This document shows positions 61,571-64,000 of a stretch of 64,000 bases of DNA, piece after piece. Source of the stretch: Mahella sp. (lineage in GTDB: Bacteria > Bacillota > Clostridia > Mahellales > Mahellaceae). A program made the position numbers and the translations under genes. The stretch covers positions 8,903 to 72,902 of the forward strand of contig NZ_JAIHAU010000004.1 of the NCBI RefSeq assembly GCF_020054945.1. The letters run 5' to 3'. Numbering within the stretch: position 1 is the first letter of the stretch; each line of letters starts with the position of its first letter. The notes below the pieces were generated by a model. That model saw only the letters and a list, made by a program, of their open reading frames with translations, was not told the DNA's origin and made no database searches.

Positions 61571-63679
61571 TTAATACTTAGTTAAATCTACATTTATCAC
61601 ACCCGAATCTATAACTTTGCCGCTGCTATTTATGGCTTCTATTCTAAACCATGCATTTTCTTTCAAAAAAACTTGCCTCATATTTGTGTAAACATATCCA
61701 TCTTTAACGTAACCATAATTGCCAGAACTTGTATCAATACGTGTAATATAGAGATAATCATTGTAACGTAAACCCTCGTAATACAATTTATACGATACAG
61801 CTTTATCTAAATTTAACCATTTTAATTCAAATATAACATATCTAGAATCAGGAGGATACGGCTCTATTTCAGTCATAGTGATACTTTTCGCCCACTCTGA
61901 TTGAGGCGCTTGAGGCTTTGGTTGGTCTGTTCCGGGGTGCAGATAATTGCTTGTATCTACGCTTATTTCTGCGGTATCTATTACTTTGCCTTGGATATCT
62001 ACGACTTCTACCCTGAATTTGTGGTTGTCAGGATAGTAGCCAATACCTCCTGTACTATAATAGATGTCATTATTCCAGTTAATCTCGGCCATAGTTGCTA
62101 CAAATGAATAGTCACCATCTTCATAATGATATAGGTGATATTCTTTTGCTCCAGGTTTTTTTAACCACTTGATATCTATAAAGACAATTCCAGGATAATC
62201 TGGGCTTGTAGAAAATTTTTCAGCTGCAACACTTTTCGCCCATTCCGATTGAGGCGGTTGCTCTGATCCCGGGCGCAGATAATTGGCTGTGTCCATGCTT
62301 ATTTCTGCTGTATCTATTACCTTTCCTGCGCTATCTATTGCTTCTACTTTAAACTTATGTTTACCTGGAACATAACCAAAATAGTCTTTAAAAAAATCAA
62401 CTTCAAATACAGAAGCTTTTAACACATACTCATTGTTAGTGTTTTCATAATGATAAAGTTCGTATCTTTCTGCTCCGGGTTTTTTATCCCATTTAAAAGA
62501 TATAAAGACATATTCGGGAATAATTAAGCTTTCATATACTTTATCAACAGCAACACTTTTCGCCCACTCTGATTGAGGCGGTTGAGGTTCAGGATTAGGC
62601 GCTGGTTGTGGGTTTGGGTCCGGCTGTGGATCGGGTTTTCCCCCATTAAACAGCTTTCCAATCAACTTTCCGGGCACTGCGCCTTCTCCGCCCAGCACAA
62701 ACTGTTTAGTAAACTTATGATCTGCAATATATTTCACCGTATTGTCAAGCCCGTTTACATCATCCGCCAGCAATATAGGTGTCTTATTTTTTGCGGCTAG
62801 TACAGTGCCCGCCAGTGAATCGGGATAATCCTTTCCGGTAGCAATTGTTACACCCTGGAAATCACCTTTATCAAACTGCTTTGCTATGTTGAGCGATGTT
62901 TCATATCTATTGTTGCCGCTTATCCTTGTTACTTGCATACCAGTTGCTATGGTGTGCTCAATATCGCTTTGCAGTGACTGTGATATCGCTCCGGTGCCTC
63001 CGAGAATATATACTTTCTTAACACCCCAACGGGTTAGCGCCTGCCTGTTTATTTCGTCCAATGTAGGTTCCGTTGCCTTATTTGTAACAAACAATATAGG
63101 CACATTATTCAATGCGGAAAATGGTGCTGCAGACAAAGCATCTGGAAAATTATAGCCTGTCGCTATCATAACAGTATCAAAGGCAGCCTTTTCTCTAACC
63201 CTGTCACCTATCTTAATTGCCGTTTCACGCCTGTCCTGACCGTATATTCGATCCACAACTATGCCATCGTTTTTTAAAGTTTGTTTGATGCCATCTGATA
63301 CCACAGTAGGACCGCCTATTATAAAGGCTTTGCTCGGCTGCAGTTTTGCTATTGTATCTTTTATAGGCTTAGGTATGGTGTTTTGGTCTACCAGTAGTAT
63401 CGGAGCATCATACTGATAAGCTAATATTGTAGACGCCATAGCATCAGCAAACTTGTCCTCGCCCGTCCCCCTTACAACCACAATGGTATCGGCATGCTGC
63501 CATCCATTATCTACTATGGCAGCGTTTGTTTCAAACCTGTCTTTGCCACCTAAACGCGTAAAATCTTGACTGCTCCCAGCCGCAAAAGCCGGTTCTGATA
63601 TACCTTTAATAGGTATACTGCTACTTGCTATAAACAGCAATGCAAAAACCAATATTGCTATAACGCTTTTTTTATACAT
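61571..63679 (-). CDS. Surface protein: signal peptide, three cell-wall-binding-2 (CWB2) repeats, Pro-rich linker, three tandem beta-rich domains
   Basis: RLGGKDRFET / RIYGQDRRET / RISGNNRYET, FADA / FPDAL / YPDSL, PILL motifs; QSEWAKS three times. Confidence 0.92.
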   Translation of the reverse strand: MYKKSVIAILVFALLFIASSSIPIKGISEPAFAAGSSQDFTRLGGKDRFETNAAIVDNGWQHADTIVVVRGTGEDKFADAMASTILAYQYDAPILLVDQNTIPKPIKDTIAKLQPSKAFIIGGPTVVSDGIKQTLKNDGIVVDRIYGQDRRETAIKIGDRVREKAAFDTVMIATGYNFPDALSAAPFSALNNVPILFVTNKATEPTLDEINRQALTRWGVKKVYILGGTGAISQSLQSDIEHTIATGMQVTRISGNNRYETSLNIAKQFDKGDFQGVTIATGKDYPDSLAGTVLAAKNKTPILLADDVNGLDNTVKYIADHKFTKQFVLGGEGAVPGKLIGKLFNGGKPDPQPDPNPQPAPNPEPQPPQSEWAKSVAVDKVYESLIIPEYVFISFKWDKKPGAERYELYHYENTNNEYVLKASVFEVDFFKDYFGYVPGKHKFKVEAIDSAGKVIDTAEISMDTANYLRPGSEQPPQSEWAKSVAAEKFSTSPDYPGIVFIDIKWLKKPGAKEYHLYHYEDGDYSFVATMAEINWNNDIYYSTGGIGYYPDNHKFRVEVVDIQGKVIDTAEISVDTSNYLHPGTDQPKPQAPQSEWAKSITMTEIEPYPPDSRYVIFELKWLNLDKAVSYKLYYEGLRYNDYLYITRIDTSSGNYGYVKDGYVYTNMRQVFLKENAWFRIEAINSSGKVIDSGVINVDLTKY

Positions 63680-63835
63680 GATTCAGTTTATCTCCCTTCA
63701 AAATTTTCATATTTGTAGCCTTTTGTTCGTGAAGCCACTAAACACACCATGCCTGCCCAAAAGTATAAGCACAATTTATTATACACTATTTTCTTTACGA
63801 TAATTATCCTAACATATAGGGTTTGCAAAACGCTT

Positions 63836-63981
63836 ACCTCCCATACTCTTTCGAAAACCTGCGAGACCTCCCGGGTACGCCAGATATACCTTGCAAGCTC
63901 GCCACACTTTAAGGCCCCGGCCGAGCCTCCGCATTCTCTCCATGTCGTTTGCGGATTGCTGCCTGCTGCCACATGGGAGGG
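63836..63981 (-). ncRNA. Candidate structured RNA or leader upstream of the CWB2 gene
   Basis: GC-rich island closed by CCTCCCAT / ATGGGAGG pairing, with internal stem CCGCA...TGCGG; family not recognised. Confidence 0.3.
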
Positions 63982-64000
63982 CATCGGCTTCGACTTAATT

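Noticed and set aside
63688-63984. 98-aa minus-strand ORF
   Set aside because: No RBS or protein-like features; overlaps the probable promoter and structured leader

Overview
Chromosomal window from a moderately GC-rich, probably thermophilic clostridial firmicute (Mahella-like by gene content; this is inference). About 2.6-32.7 kb is a minus-strand defence island. It runs nurA-herA, then a type I-B interference operon (cas6, cas8b1, cas7, cas5, cas3), leader plus CRISPR array B (51 repeats by hand count), a Can2/Card1 effector and a type III-D module (HD-less cas10, cas7, cas5-cas11-like, cas7-cas7, csx19, cas7-insertion). After that come a second near-identical leader plus array A (74 full repeats by hand count) and cas4-cas1-cas2. 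The most unusual feature is at the trailer end of array A: a 400-bp gene-sized 'spacer' (4489-4888) between a perfect repeat and the degenerate terminal repeat. It carries an intact RBS-led ORF whose stop codon comes from the repeat, and the ORF looks like a captured phage toxin-immunity-type gene. The rest is mostly housekeeping: hydF, a HAD hydrolase, abrB-rsmI-tRNA methylase, a Gld-like ABC system, alr-femX-PAP2, FTR-glutaredoxin, an M1 peptidase, an ABC exporter, a patatin, a full F1Fo atp operon and a DUF815 ATPase. The window ends in a decayed AT-rich patch and a CWB2 surface protein. Counts and motif calls were made by eye; no database searches were run.
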